DNA of 64,000 nucleotides, taken from contig MU004185.1 in NCBI GenBank assembly GCA_010093605.1, positions 1,323,334-1,387,333 on the forward strand. Reading direction: 5' to 3'. The notes beneath the pieces were generated by a model. The model was not told the DNA's origin, made no database searches, and saw only the letters and a list, made by a program, of their open reading frames with translations. Every line of letters starts with the position of its first letter. Position 1 is the first letter of the stretch. The stretch comes from Lophium mytilinum. Taxonomy: Eukaryota. The position numbers were made by a program, and so were the translations under genes. Positions 11,916-23,775 of this stretch are shown here, in pieces.

Positions 11916-13828
11916 GAAGCCGGGTGTTTTTGAAAAGAGCTTGAAGGGATCCAAGGAGCAGGGTGGAGCTTAACTATGAACAAACCCAGGCTCAAGATCT
12001 CGGCACAGGGTGCCGCTGCAACTAGTAGCTGGCCCGAAAGCGCCCTGGTGGCCGGGATTTATATCGATGCAGCAGAAGCTCTGGGCCTGGAAAAGATTTC
12101 TTTTGGGGTGTGTGATGAGCAATAGTGCAATATGGGGGCTTGATGGCCCGCGGGGTCCCAGGATAGAGTTAGGCTGCAAGCCACAGGACAGGAGCTTGTT
12201 GTGGGGGGATTGGTCTAAAGCTCTGCTACAGTCCGCAATGGGCGTCGATCTGCCTGTGAAAAATTGGTGTTGAAGTTGTCAAAAGGCAAGAGAATGGCGT
12301 GACAGCCTAGGGCAGCCACAATTCGCAAGAGGCGCAAAGGACTGGTGTTCTGCGAAGGGGAGACAGCGGAGATGCAGAATGGGAGCCAGGTGGACAGGGC
12401 CCAGGTCAAGACGTCAAATAAGTTTTAGATCGGATCTGTCCCAGAGATGACGGGAGTACGCGCAGGGTCGAGCGCAGAATTTGACTAAGTGACACCATCG
12501 GGAAAAGTCCGGACAGCGGCGGTCGAGGTCTTGACTGGTGATGGTACAGCTGGGATAGCGCACGGAGCATGGAGGTGATGGAGGAGAACACCCCTAGCGT
12601 GGGAGAAGCACACCAGCGCGGGTGAGGCGACAGGGATGGTGCATGCGATGGTGACCGACAGCTTGCCGGGGTCAGGGCTCGGCATGGCTCTCGGTGAATG
12701 CGTAGGCCTTCTGCACCAATTGCGGGCGCGGAAGCGCCGCAGCGCAGTCGGCCCGGATCCCACGCGAATGGCGTGCTCGAGCACAAAGATGTCGAATCTA
12801 CCTTTTATGGGGTCGCTAGCCGTACCTTGGACCGCGATGTCTTGGCATGAGCAGTATCACCACGCCTGCGGGACAAAGAGCAACGCCCAGCACGGCGAAG
12901 AGCGACTTGGGCAACCTAGGCATGAAGAGAGCCGCAGCGTGCAAACGCCCAGAATCACACCACGACGACGTCTCTGCGGGCTGCGGAATTACGATGTCGC
13001 TCAACTGCCTACTGCCAAAGCGAAAATGCTCGACGCGGATCTAATGACGTGCCGTGAGGCTGCCAGATTCTGGAGTCGGCTGTTGCCAGCACCGTCATCA
13101 TTCGGACTTGGTCGCCTGCGGACTTTGTTAGCAGTCAGTAGTATGACCGCGTGCCCGGGACCTGACGGTTTTGGCGCACCAACCGCGGTATTGAAGGGTC
13201 CAGAGACCCTGCACACATCCTTCACTGTTTGCCTGCCACGCCTGCATGCTTTGACAGCAGCCATCCACGCGTGGGTGTGTTCGACAAGGCAGATCGGATA
13301 AGAGAAACGCATAAACGAGTACGAGGACGAGATGGGGAGCTCGCTCCCTGCAGCTGCAGCTTCCCGCATGACCGAGCAGGATCGGCCATGTGAGCCTGGC
13401 AGGTGGAGCTGCAGGTGTAACGAGGCATCTTGGTAACACTTGTACCCGTCGACAGTTCGTCCAAGGTTCGCTGACGAGATTGGGCCTTGTGTGGATCCTG
13501 TGCTCCTCATTCATCTTTTCTATAAGTCCTATACATGAAGTTATCATAAAGCTCCTGCGAAACACGGCTGGCGGGCGCCTTTTCAGACGCACCGTGCTTC
13601 CTTAGAGTGTTCGACATAGAACAGTGAGTACATAGATTGAACGTAGGTGAGGCGAGGATGTTGTGTCGGTCGCACCATTCACCATTTGGGGTTGTCAGCG
13701 CGGTTGAAAGTAAGTTGGCGGGCCAATCGAGCTGCCACGTGACTGGCCGCAAGCGGCAGGCGCATCGCGAGCTTCTTCATTTCTGGGGAAACTCAAACCA
13801 TCCTCGCGGCTCGCCTTTCCACCACGCC

Positions 13829-14991
13829 ATGACTAATCTTGACCTCCTTCTTCTCAAAGGGCCTCCGACTGGAGACCTCGCAGGAGGCCTCAATGACCTG
13901 CGCTTCACCATTCTGACCAAGGGCATGCCAGCAAACGGCGATGGCATGGTGAGCATCGCCCAGCCTCTGACTGCGCTCTTAGGGGTTTGCGATTTCCCTT
14001 GCTAACAACGAATTGTGCAGTCCGACTTGCGCATATATATATGGCTCATACTCCTGAATGCGCCGCCCGTCCGCACCGACGTCTACCTCGACCTCGTCCG
14101 ACAGGGCGCATCGCCCGCATACACCAAGATCCGCAACGACACCTTTCGCACTCTTGCGACCGATCCTCTCTTTCGACGCCGCGTCACTGAGAACAGCCTG
14201 ACGCGCGTGCTAAATGCCGTGGCGTGGAAACTGAACGACGCGCACGAGGCACGCGTCAACGGATGGCAGTCCCCACCCACGTTGTCCGACTTTGGGGGTA
14301 GCCATGACAACACCTTCAATTCGCGACAGTCTTTTACAACCGGCACAAGGACAGAAGTTTCAAACTCGGATGCGGAGCAAGTGGGCTACGTGCAGGGCAT
14401 GAATGTCCTAGCAGCGCCGTTTCTGTACGCGGCCCGTAGCGAAGTCGAGGCCTTCGTCGCATTCGAGAGGCTTATTACGCAGGAGTGCCCTGCTTACGTA
14501 CGCGGACCCATGGATGGTGTTCACAAAGGCCTCAGGCTTGTGGACACTGTTCTCGAGATTGTAGACCCAAAACTGTACTCCCACCTCATGAGCAAGGGGA
14601 TGCACGCCGAGCTTTACGCGTTTGCTTCTGTTCTCACCATGTCCGCGTGCACGCCACCTCTACCAGAAGTTTTGCAGCTCTGGGACTTTCTCTTCGCATA
14701 TGGCCCGCATCTCAACATCCTCTGCATCGTAGCACAGCTGATCCTGATAAGAGACCAGATTCTGGGGAGTCCGAGGTAAGCGCTGATCATTTCCACTTTT
14801 GTATATGCTATTCAACGACATCCTACCGCCGACCGTCACTCCAAGTCACTGTGCTGACGTCTTGCAGTCCAAACCAGATACTCCGCTCCTTCCCTCCGCT
14901 ACAGGCCGCAAAGGTCATTCAGGTTGCGACATCGTTTGCCGCTAAGATTCCGGCGGACATCTATGAGCAGATCATCAATCACGCGAAATGA
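13829..14991 (+). CDS. BUB2: Mitotic exit/septation network GAP Bub2/Cdc16 (TBC domain)
   Basis: KIRNDTFRTL, YVQGMNVLAAPFLY, CTPPLPEVLQLWDFLFAYGPHLNILC and LRSFPPL. Introns 13949-14020 and 14776-14867. Confidence 0.93.
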
Positions 14992-17042
14992 TTGGCGTTT
15001 GTGTCATTGCGAACGACAAATGATTGGTTCGAATTCTTTTGATACCCTTTTTTGCGGAACGGTATTTAGAAAAAGTTGCGTGATTTCACCTGGGCATCGG
15101 CGTTGGCGTAGCACGATAGTTCCGGTATCTCGAGCGCTGGACCGCTCGAATGTTGGCTCACATCAAAAAAGTCTTCTTTATGGAAACTTGGGTTCGTATG
15201 GTAATGATTATGATGAAAGATGAGCATAAAAAGTAGCTCTGTTCGGAGTAAAACAATATAGATCTTCACAACCCGCAAGCTTGACTATACTGTCTCAACA
15301 TCGTGAAGTTCAAGCTTCACTTGCGCCTTCAATTTACTCCGTTACCATCCTACAGCCCGGAACATCGTCACGTCACCTGTGTTCATTCAACTATCAGCCT
15401 CTACATGCCCTCTTTCTCATTCCATTTCTTCTTCATATGAAATCACACCAGCATTTGTCTCTAGCTCGAAAAACTGTTTCACTGTTCACGGCCTTGACCA
15501 CACAAGCCACGTGCCCACGGCTCCTCGTTCCTCCGTTCCGGCCCAGATCTCTCGTTTTTGGGTATGAAACTTCTCGCGGGAACTCATCCTCGGCTTGGTC
15601 ATAGGAATCAGCCATGGGCTTGGGGGATCAAAAGTTATGGCCTGCGCCGCCATGGCATAAAAAGAACTTGGAACTCGACTGATGGGTTTGTGGGAGTAGA
15701 AGACGTAATCCTTCGCCTACATGATACTGTCGTGGATCGTCAATAAGTTCGGCATCCCATACTTACGATGGTTCGGTTGTGGGTGCTGGCTGTGGTGGAG
15801 GAGGGGCTCCTGTAGCTTGCTAGTGGTCACTGACGGGCGGCGATGGTGGTTGTTAGTAGCTATCTTCCTCGTTGCGATGTGTCTGTCTCTTAGAAAGTAG
15901 GTCGTCTTCGACTAGTTGTAGTGATTATAAGTATCATTGTGTAGAGGTATATTGCTGCAGACTATCGGAAGCTCTTCTCCCAACATGGAGGACTCCCACC
16001 TCTCCGCTTCCCAAACCCGTCCCATGAGAAGTCTCGCGAACGCAGGCTGAAACTCAATTCTGCCCATAGAAGAGGCCGAGAGAAACTTTCGACCCCGACA
16101 CCCACCCGGCGCCTATAGCTGTCATTGCAGCATCTATTTGAACGACAGCCCATGAGGCAATGGCTTCTCAATACTCAAAACCCGCCAACTTCCCATGCTC
16201 TCTTCACTGCGCAGCCACTTGGTAGGTTTTATACCCCTCAGAAATCCCCAAAATGGAATTCACGTGCTTCCTTCCTGAAAAGCGGTGAATACTAGGGCCC
16301 AATCAGATCTTCGTAGCGCTTCGGAAGCCCCTCCGGAGCACCCTTGCTCATCACGATCACCGTTAAATTTCAAAACGCAGTGAAATGTAGACCTTACCCG
16401 AAAAGAGGGTGGGAATTGAAGCTGGAGAAGCTCCGGAAGGTCGATGAATGATAATGACTCCACACTTCAGTTGTGCCAAGAGTTGCTATTTCGGAAGGGT
16501 GATAAAGCATATGGTGAATAAAAGGTACACTTCGTGTGAAGAAGATTGTGTGATCGGTGAAAGTTAGAGAGATCTTCATTCCAGGTAGTCCACACAATAA
16601 ATGCGTGCTAAGAGTTGCTGACTTGAGACATGCGCGGGTGTAAACACTTGGATCAGGTTTGCAAAAACAGGTACCTCGCAAGATATATCCCTTCAAGGTG
16701 CTTCGCAACACGTCTGAGGTGAGATCTCGACGATCGAGGATCGAAATGGCCAATCAAAAGGCCCCAAAAATAACCATACTCCATCAACCTAAGTTTTCCT
16801 CGAAAGCGAGGCGGATTTACTGTTTGGTTTCGGAGTTCGCAAAAGGCATATTGTGATAATTGGAAAATATGGAAGGCCTAGGTGAGGGGTGGTTGATCTT
16901 GCTGACTTCGCCCCATTACCCATAAAAAGCCTCTTCAGTAAGTCACTCATGTCTCCTTCAAAACGACGTTCTATCATCCTTTTCACCTTACAGAGTTCCC
17001 CCTATCAATTTCTCTGGATCGAACTTTCTATTTACTTCCATA

Positions 17043-17539
17043 ATGCCACACTCCGAGCAGGAATTCATTGAGAAACGGCAGGCGCCGTATACACAGGCCA
17101 TCCTAGACGGAGACCTCGAAAAGATGATGTCGTATTTCGTCGATCAGGGACTGGAATACACCGACTATGGTTCGTCCCTCTCAATTTTAAAGACCCATAT
17201 TCTTCGCACATTCGATAGCCTACCAGCAGGCACTGACATAGACCCTTTGCAGGTGTCATGGAACTCAACATGGACAAGGCTGCTCTACGCGGCTTCTTCG
17301 GTGGCCTCTGGGAGCACTGCGGCGACTGGGAATGCAAGACCCTTTCCGTTGAGGGTCACAAGACATTTACCGTGTGGGAGGCCGAGTCGAAGTTTACAGT
17401 AATCAAAGAGTCGCCGATGATGAAATATCAAGTCCTACAGCGAGTAACGTTGCTTACTGCGAGCTTACAATGGTGGGACCAGGAGGGGGAGAAGATAGTC
17501 AAGGAGAAGGATTATGCTGTTTGGAAGGATCCGGAGTGA
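17043..17539 (+). CDS. SnoaL/NTF2-like fold small protein, 2 exons
   Basis: GDLEKMMSYF..LEYTDYG, intron 17170-17252, then a beta-rich second exon ending GEKIVKEKDY, a typical SnoaL-like terminal strand. Confidence 0.7.
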
Positions 17540-17969
17540 GTCTAGATAATATGACGTTGGCTTGAGTCTGGAATCAGACATATATTTGGAATCAAAGGTT
17601 GATGTCATATAGTGTTCTGCTTGATTCATGAAACATATGCCTGAGTACGGACACGGAGGTGTTGTTCGGCCGCGGAAGCGTATCTTGGGTGGTGATGATT
17701 AAGCCATAAACCTAGGACAAGCAAAGCAAAGCAAAAGCCGAAATTGATCTGATTGGTGAAGAGCCTCATAGACGAGTTGTAAGCACTGCTTTCGGGAAAT
17801 GCGAGCTTAGAAACCACCAAAGCTGCAATAACGACATGCTCTCTCTCAAACGATATAAGAAGACACAGCATGGTGCCATTGATTCATCATTTTCAACAGG
17901 CGCATCAGCAATCTGATCATCATACCTCACAACTTCCTGCCAGATCAATCCTCCCTTGGAATCTACAAT

Positions 17970-18839
17970 ATGTCTCCAAGCATCACTTTCAATACCATCC
18001 CACTTCCTAGTGGTGAGAAAGTTTTCTATCGTAGCGCAGGACCCGATTCGGCGCCTACGATTCTCCTTCTCCACGGCTTTCCCTCCTCTTCCCATCAGTA
18101 CCGGAACCTTATTCCCTTGCTTGCTACCAAGTACCGAGTCATCGCGCCGGATTTGCCAGGTTTCGGCTTCACAGAGCTGCCCTCTACTTATGTATACAAC
18201 TTTAAAAACCTAGCGACTACTATTGGAATGTTCCTTGAAACAATCCCGAATCCGCCAGCGAAGTATAGCATCTACATATTCGACTACGGCGCTCCAGTAG
18301 GGTTAAGATTAGCTCTCTCGAAGACTTCGGCAATCCAAGCTATATTCACCCAGAACGGTAACGCATACGTCGAGGGCCTCGGCGATTTCTGGGAGCCGAT
18401 TAGGAAGTACTGGGCTACGGATAGCATCGAAGAACGAGATGCGCTTAGGCCCTTTTTAACCATCGACGGAACAAAATGGCAGTACACGAACGGTACTCGA
18501 GATCTCACTGCCCTTGCACCAGAGTCTTACTATTTGGATCAAGCGCTGTTAGACAGGCCGGGGAACAAGGAGATCCAGCTAGATTTATTCAAAGACTATG
18601 CGAACAATTTGCCGCTCTACCCAGAGTTTCAGAAGTTCTTCAGGGAGAGTCAGGTCCCGTTGCTGGCTTTTTGGGGGAAGAACGATACAATCTTCATACC
18701 GCCGGGTGCAGAGGCGTTTAAGAGGGATCTCCCTAACGCTGAGGTCAGACTTCTAGACGCGGGGCATTTCGCAGGAGAGACCGAGACAGGGGAGATTGGG
18801 AATTTGATGCTTGAATTCTTGGAGAAGAATGGCATCTAG
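17970..18839 (+). CDS. Alpha/beta hydrolase (epoxide hydrolase/haloalkane dehalogenase-like), intronless
   Basis: LLLHGFPSSSHQYR, APDLPGFG, nucleophile elbow FDYGAP and catalytic His in LDAGHFA. Confidence 0.92.
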   Translation: MSPSITFNTIPLPSGEKVFYRSAGPDSAPTILLLHGFPSSSHQYRNLIPLLATKYRVIAPDLPGFGFTELPSTYVYNFKNLATTIGMFLETIPNPPAKYSIYIFDYGAPVGLRLALSKTSAIQAIFTQNGNAYVEGLGDFWEPIRKYWATDSIEERDALRPFLTIDGTKWQYTNGTRDLTALAPESYYLDQALLDRPGNKEIQLDLFKDYANNLPLYPEFQKFFRESQVPLLAFWGKNDTIFIPPGAEAFKRDLPNAEVRLLDAGHFAGETETGEIGNLMLEFLEKNGI

Positions 18840-19539
18840 GAGATGCCAGACAATGGTCGCAAAGCTTGAAGATTGGATGCTTGGATTCAGTAGTACAAGC
18901 GCATATTATATCTCCTGCAGTAATTTAAAGATTCAATGGTCTTCTTATGATGAAACATGGCAAAAGTGATAATCTTAGAAGCGGGAAGAGGAAAAAGTGG
19001 ACACAGGGACGATCATGTGTTTAGCGCATCAGTCGCTTACATAACAACTTTAATGTCTTGGCAGTAAAGTCCAAGCGCGAATTCGAGGTTCCAACACCTT
19101 CAACCAGGTAGCTCAACAACAACACCTCGTAGCGCAGATCTGAAACCGGGAGGCGATTTGTCTGGTCGAGTAGTAATTTTGAAGAAGTTCTGGAGTATTA
19201 AATCTCCCGCTCCGTTGACCTAGCGGTGGGTGTGCAGGACTCAACACCCGTTTTGCACTTTTTGGCGTGCCAAGACCTGCCTATTGGAGATGTGCCACGT
19301 GACCTCGGCGAATGAGCCGCTAAACGCCGACAACTTTTTTACTGCGAATTTGTTCACCTCGAGAGCAGCTTTGCGCCAGAGAGTCTCAACACCCTTAAGC
19401 ACATAACAATACTTGCGTAGTTCCTCTTTGGACTATACCGATATCAGCCCTCTACCCCTCGGAACGACTGGCCATTTGAGAGCACTAATCCTCGATTTGA
19501 GCTGAATTGGAGGAGGCGGGGGAGCTTGGAGAGGACAAG

Positions 19540-22500
19540 ATGGTTAAAAAGGCCATGTAAGCTAGACTTGGGGATAGGAATACAAGCCGTATACTGATCT
19601 CCTTATGTAGTGACTCCCGGATTCCAGCATTGATCCGTAATGGAGCTCAAGTAAGTTCAAGAACCTACAATTGTCTTTCTCGCAGTCGCTAATATACCAA
19701 TTTTAGGAGAAGAAGCGGAGTTTCTTCGTGGTGGTCGGCGACAGGCAAAAGGATGTTATCGTCAACCTATACCACATCTTATTGAACGTGGATGTCAAGC
19801 TGAACAAGTCTGTGCTCTGGGCATACAAAAACAAGCTCTTGGGCTTCTCGAGGTACATTCAGTAACTTCAGTGGGAAGAACTGCGCTAATTGCTGTATCT
19901 CAGTCACCGGAAGAAGCGAGAAAAGAAAATCAAGAGCGACATCAAACGAGGAATCCGCGATGTCGACACCGACGATCCCTTCGAGCTTTTCATATCGACC
20001 CAAAACATACGATACGTCTACTATAAGGAGACCGAGAAGATACTGGGAAACACCTACGGCATATGTATATTACAAGATTTTGAAGCCATAACGCCAAATC
20101 TGCTGGCGCGGACAATAGAAACTGTGGAGGGTGGTGGAATGGTTATCCTGCTTCTCAAGGGCATGAACAGCTTGAAACAGCTATACACTTTGTCCATGGA
20201 CATTCATTCTCGATACCGGACAGAAGCGCATAACGACGTAGTTGCTCGTTTCAACGAGCGGTTTATCCTATCCTTGGGTAGCTGCGAATCTTGCCTCGTA
20301 GTGGATGATGAGCTCAATGTACTGCCCATCTCAGGCGGCAAGACCGTACAACAGCTGCCGCCGCCCGACCTCGAAGATGAAGGAAAATCGCCGAATGCAA
20401 AGGAGTTAGAGGAGATCAAGGAAAGCCTTGTAGATTCGCCTCCGGTGGGATCATTGATACCACTAGCAAAAACCGTCGATCAAGCAAGGGCACTTCTTAC
20501 CTTCGTCGATGCGATCGCAGAAAAGACGTTACAAAGCACCGTTACCTTGACTGCAGCACGTGGACGTGGTAAATCAGCGGCTCTGGGCGTAGCGATCGCA
20601 GCTGCGATTGCGCATGGATACAGCAATATCTTCATCACATCTCCCAGCCCGGAGAATTTGAAGACTTTATTTGAGTTTGTATTCAAGGGCTTCGATGCAT
20701 TGAACTACCTCGACCATGTAGATTACTCTATTATCCAGTCTACGAATCCGGACTTCAACAAAGCCATTGTCAGAGTCAACGTTCACCGGCAGCATCGCCA
20801 GACCATTCAGTACATTCGACCGGAAGATTCTTATACCTTGGGCCAAGCAGAGCTTTTGGTCATTGACGAGGCTGCGGCTATTCCGCTTCCCTTGGTAAGG
20901 AAGCTCATGGGACCTTACTTGGTCTTTATGGCTTCAACTATCAACGGTTACGAAGGGACGGGTCGGTCACTGTCACTCAAGCTGATACAGCAGCTCCGTG
21001 ACCAGTCGAGAGGAAAATCCAAATCCAACGGTGACGATCAAATAATCGACCGGAGCTCTGGCAAGGAGTCGAAGGACGCATCAGAAACCTCATCTGGAGG
21101 CCGATCATTAAGGGAGATCACCCTTTCGGAGCCCATTCGATACGCTCCCGGCGACGGCGTCGAGAAATGGCTCAACAAGCTTTTGTGCCTTGATGCCACA
21201 CTGCCAAAGTCCAGCCTCAAGACACTAGGCTGCCCCCATCCTTCAGAGTGCGAACTGTTCCAAATCAATCGAGATACCCTGTTTTCTTTCCATAAAGTTT
21301 CCGAAAAGTTCCTTCAGCAGATGATGGCATTATACGTTGCCAGTCATTACAAAAATTCTCCCAACGATCTCCAACTAATGTCAGACGCTCCCGCCCACCA
21401 ACTGTTCGTTTTGACTCCACCAGTGGACCCGAAGAGCGAGCGACTTCCTGAGCCACTTTGCGTGATTCAGGTTGCTTTAGAAGGCCAAATCAGCCGAGAA
21501 AGCGTCCTCAACAGTCTCAGCAGAGGTCAACGAGCTGGTGGAGACTTGATACCTTGGATCGTGAGCCAGCAATTCCAGGACGAGAACTTCGCAGGTCTTT
21601 CCGGTGCACGAGTGGTGAGGATTGCGACAAATCCTGACTACATCAGCATGGGCTACGGATCGCGAGCTCTGCAACTACTTCTGGACTTCTACGATGGGAA
21701 ATTTGCCAGCCTGTCGGAGGTGGAGCCGACCGCTGAGCTTGAGATGCAACGAGTCACCGAGGCAGAATTGGAAACCTCTACTCTCCTCCAAGATAACGTC
21801 AAGGTCCGAGATATCAACAAAATGCCCCCGTTGTTTTCAAGGCTTTCAGAGCGCAAAGCTCCAGGGCTCGACTACGTCGGTGTAAGCTACGGTCTGACAG
21901 CACCTCTCCACAAATTCTGGAAGCGATCGTCGTTTGTTCCGGTATACCTACGCCAAACACCGAATGATCTCACGGGAGAACATACCTGCGTCATGATACG
22001 AGCGTTAGAAACATCGAACGAAGAAAGCTCGTGGGTAGGCTCCTTTGCTCGCGATTTCCACCGAAGGTTTTTGTCACTCCTCTCATACCAGTTCCGAACC
22101 TTTCCCTCAGTCATGGCCCTTTCGATCGACGAGTCAGCGTCTGCTGGCAGCAAACTGGACATGGCATCGGCGCCACCTCCTCTGACCAAGTTGGAACTCG
22201 ACAAGTTCTTCTCGCCTTTCGACCTCAAGCGACTGGACAGCTACGCCAACAACATGCTGGATTATCATGTCATTCTCGATATGCTACCGACTATTGCCAC
22301 TCTCCACTTCACCGGACGCCTCAAGTCCGCAGTCAAGCTTTCTGGAGTTCAAACATCCCTATTAGTCGCGATCGGTCTACAGCGGAAAGGCTTCGAGGAT
22401 GTGGAGAAAGAACTAGGCTTGAACAATTTGCAGCTGCTCGCCATGTTCGTGAAAGTCGTTCGAAAAGTCTCGACACACTTCCGGAGTCTTGTCGAAGGGG

Positions 22501-23015
22501 CTGTCGCGGAGACTATGCCAGAGGCAATGGAGGTAGACGATGAAACTGGAGTTCATGGCGACAACGGTGTGAAGAGCGCGGAGCTACAAAGATTCAAACC
22601 GTTGGCTAAGAAGCTGGATGAAGAGCTTGCTGAAGGAGGCGAGGAAGTTGACCAAGCTGAGAGGGAGCGTGTGAGGAGTATGATTGATGCTCTCCCGTTG
22701 GATCAGTACGTTGATTCTTGCTCATATTGAGAGTAAATGTAGTAGCGCTAACGTATTTCCGACAGGTACACAATTGACAGCGAGAACGCCAACTGGGAGG
22801 ACGCCGAGCGCAAGGTCCGCGCCGCACAAGCTAAGGGCGGCAAAGAGATCACCGTCAGCATCAAAACAGGCAAGTCTTCAAAGAGGAAAGCGGGCGAAGC
22901 AGTCGAAGAAGCTTACAAGGAGGTGATGGGGACCTCGAAGGAAGGCAAGCCGAAGAAGTCTAAGGGTGATGAAAAGCCAAAGAAGTCGAAGAAGGAGGGC
23001 AAAAAGAGTCGATGA
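19540..23015 (+). CDS. KRE33: RNA cytidine acetyltransferase Kre33/NAT10
   Basis: MVKKAI|DSRIPALIRNG; LQDFEAITPNLLARTIETVEGGG; P-loop TAARGRGKSAALG; IDEAAAIPLP; GNAT motif RIATNPDYISMGYG; Lys-rich tail ending TGA at 23013-23015. Three 5' introns and one 3' intron. Confidence 0.97.
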
Positions 23016-23589
23016 GACGACACGGAGGCGTTCTGAGAATAGGAGCATTCAGGAGGTTCATTTGTGCATCAAAGGGCGGAGTTTGCAGAGGTCTCGTTTC
23101 AAATATGACAATCAGGTTGACGAAAGTAAAGAACAGTCACTGGTTCCAATATCTTGAGTATCTCTCATTGCATGGCTGCTAAGATGATATGATGATCTAG
23201 GACTCGCGCAACTAAGTATGCGCCATGCATTACTCCATCCACCAATAGCTCAAATCGAGGCGGATTCTAAATTGTGGAGAAGCGCATACACCTTGTAAAT
23301 GTTTTCTCCATGGCCAGAAACAACAAGCGAGACTCTCAAGGCGGCGGTAAGAAAGACCGCGCCGGTCCTTTCGTAGAAGCCAAAAGAGTCTGGTGGTAGG
23401 TATAGTGAAACTCCCTGACCTGCTGGACAGGTAAAATCCAGGACCTATACCGGCACGATTACACTACCTCAGCAGGATTGATTAAACGGACTAGCGCTGA
23501 TGAGTCATCAGTCCTAGCCAGCTCTTTTCCAACTATATCAAGCCGTCCACCCCCGCCCCAATGTCTTTCCTCAACCTGCTCCCGAGCCA

Positions 23590-23775
23590 ACTGCTAACTA
23601 GGTCTCGAGGTCGGTCGACCAGCTCGCTTCGCGCAGACGGTCACTAACTAGGGACGAGCGATCTTCGCGATCTTCATTCTTGACGATTCTACTGACTAGG
23701 CTAGGCTAGGTTGCGGTACTAACTAGGGATGAGCTTTCTCCATTCTTTGACGATTTTACTGACTAGGCTAGGGTG
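23590..23775. repeat. Imperfect ~75-bp direct repeat with recurring CTRACTAGG
   Basis: ACTAACTAGGGAYGAGC...CATTCTT(T)GACGATTYTACTGACTAGGCTAGG occurs at ~23643 and ~23718; CTRACTAGG occurs five times. Confidence 0.75.

Noticed and set aside
12290..13050. ATGGCGT/ATGACGT half-sites upstream of the sulfate permease (CYS3/MetR-like)
   Set aside because: Only partial matches to the ATGRYRYCAT consensus; cannot be distinguished from background.
15280..16900. Possible small spliced gene on the minus strand (donor ~15766)
   Set aside because: No consistent open frame across the putative exons.
17043..18839. SnoaL-like plus hydrolase pair as a biosynthetic cluster or horizontal transfer
   Set aside because: No backbone enzyme nearby; both families are common in fungi and the SnoaL-like gene has a normal intron.
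23401..23520. Hammerhead, HDV or TPP riboswitch candidate (GAAA and CTGATGA present)
   Set aside because: The core elements are not in the required order with the matching stems.
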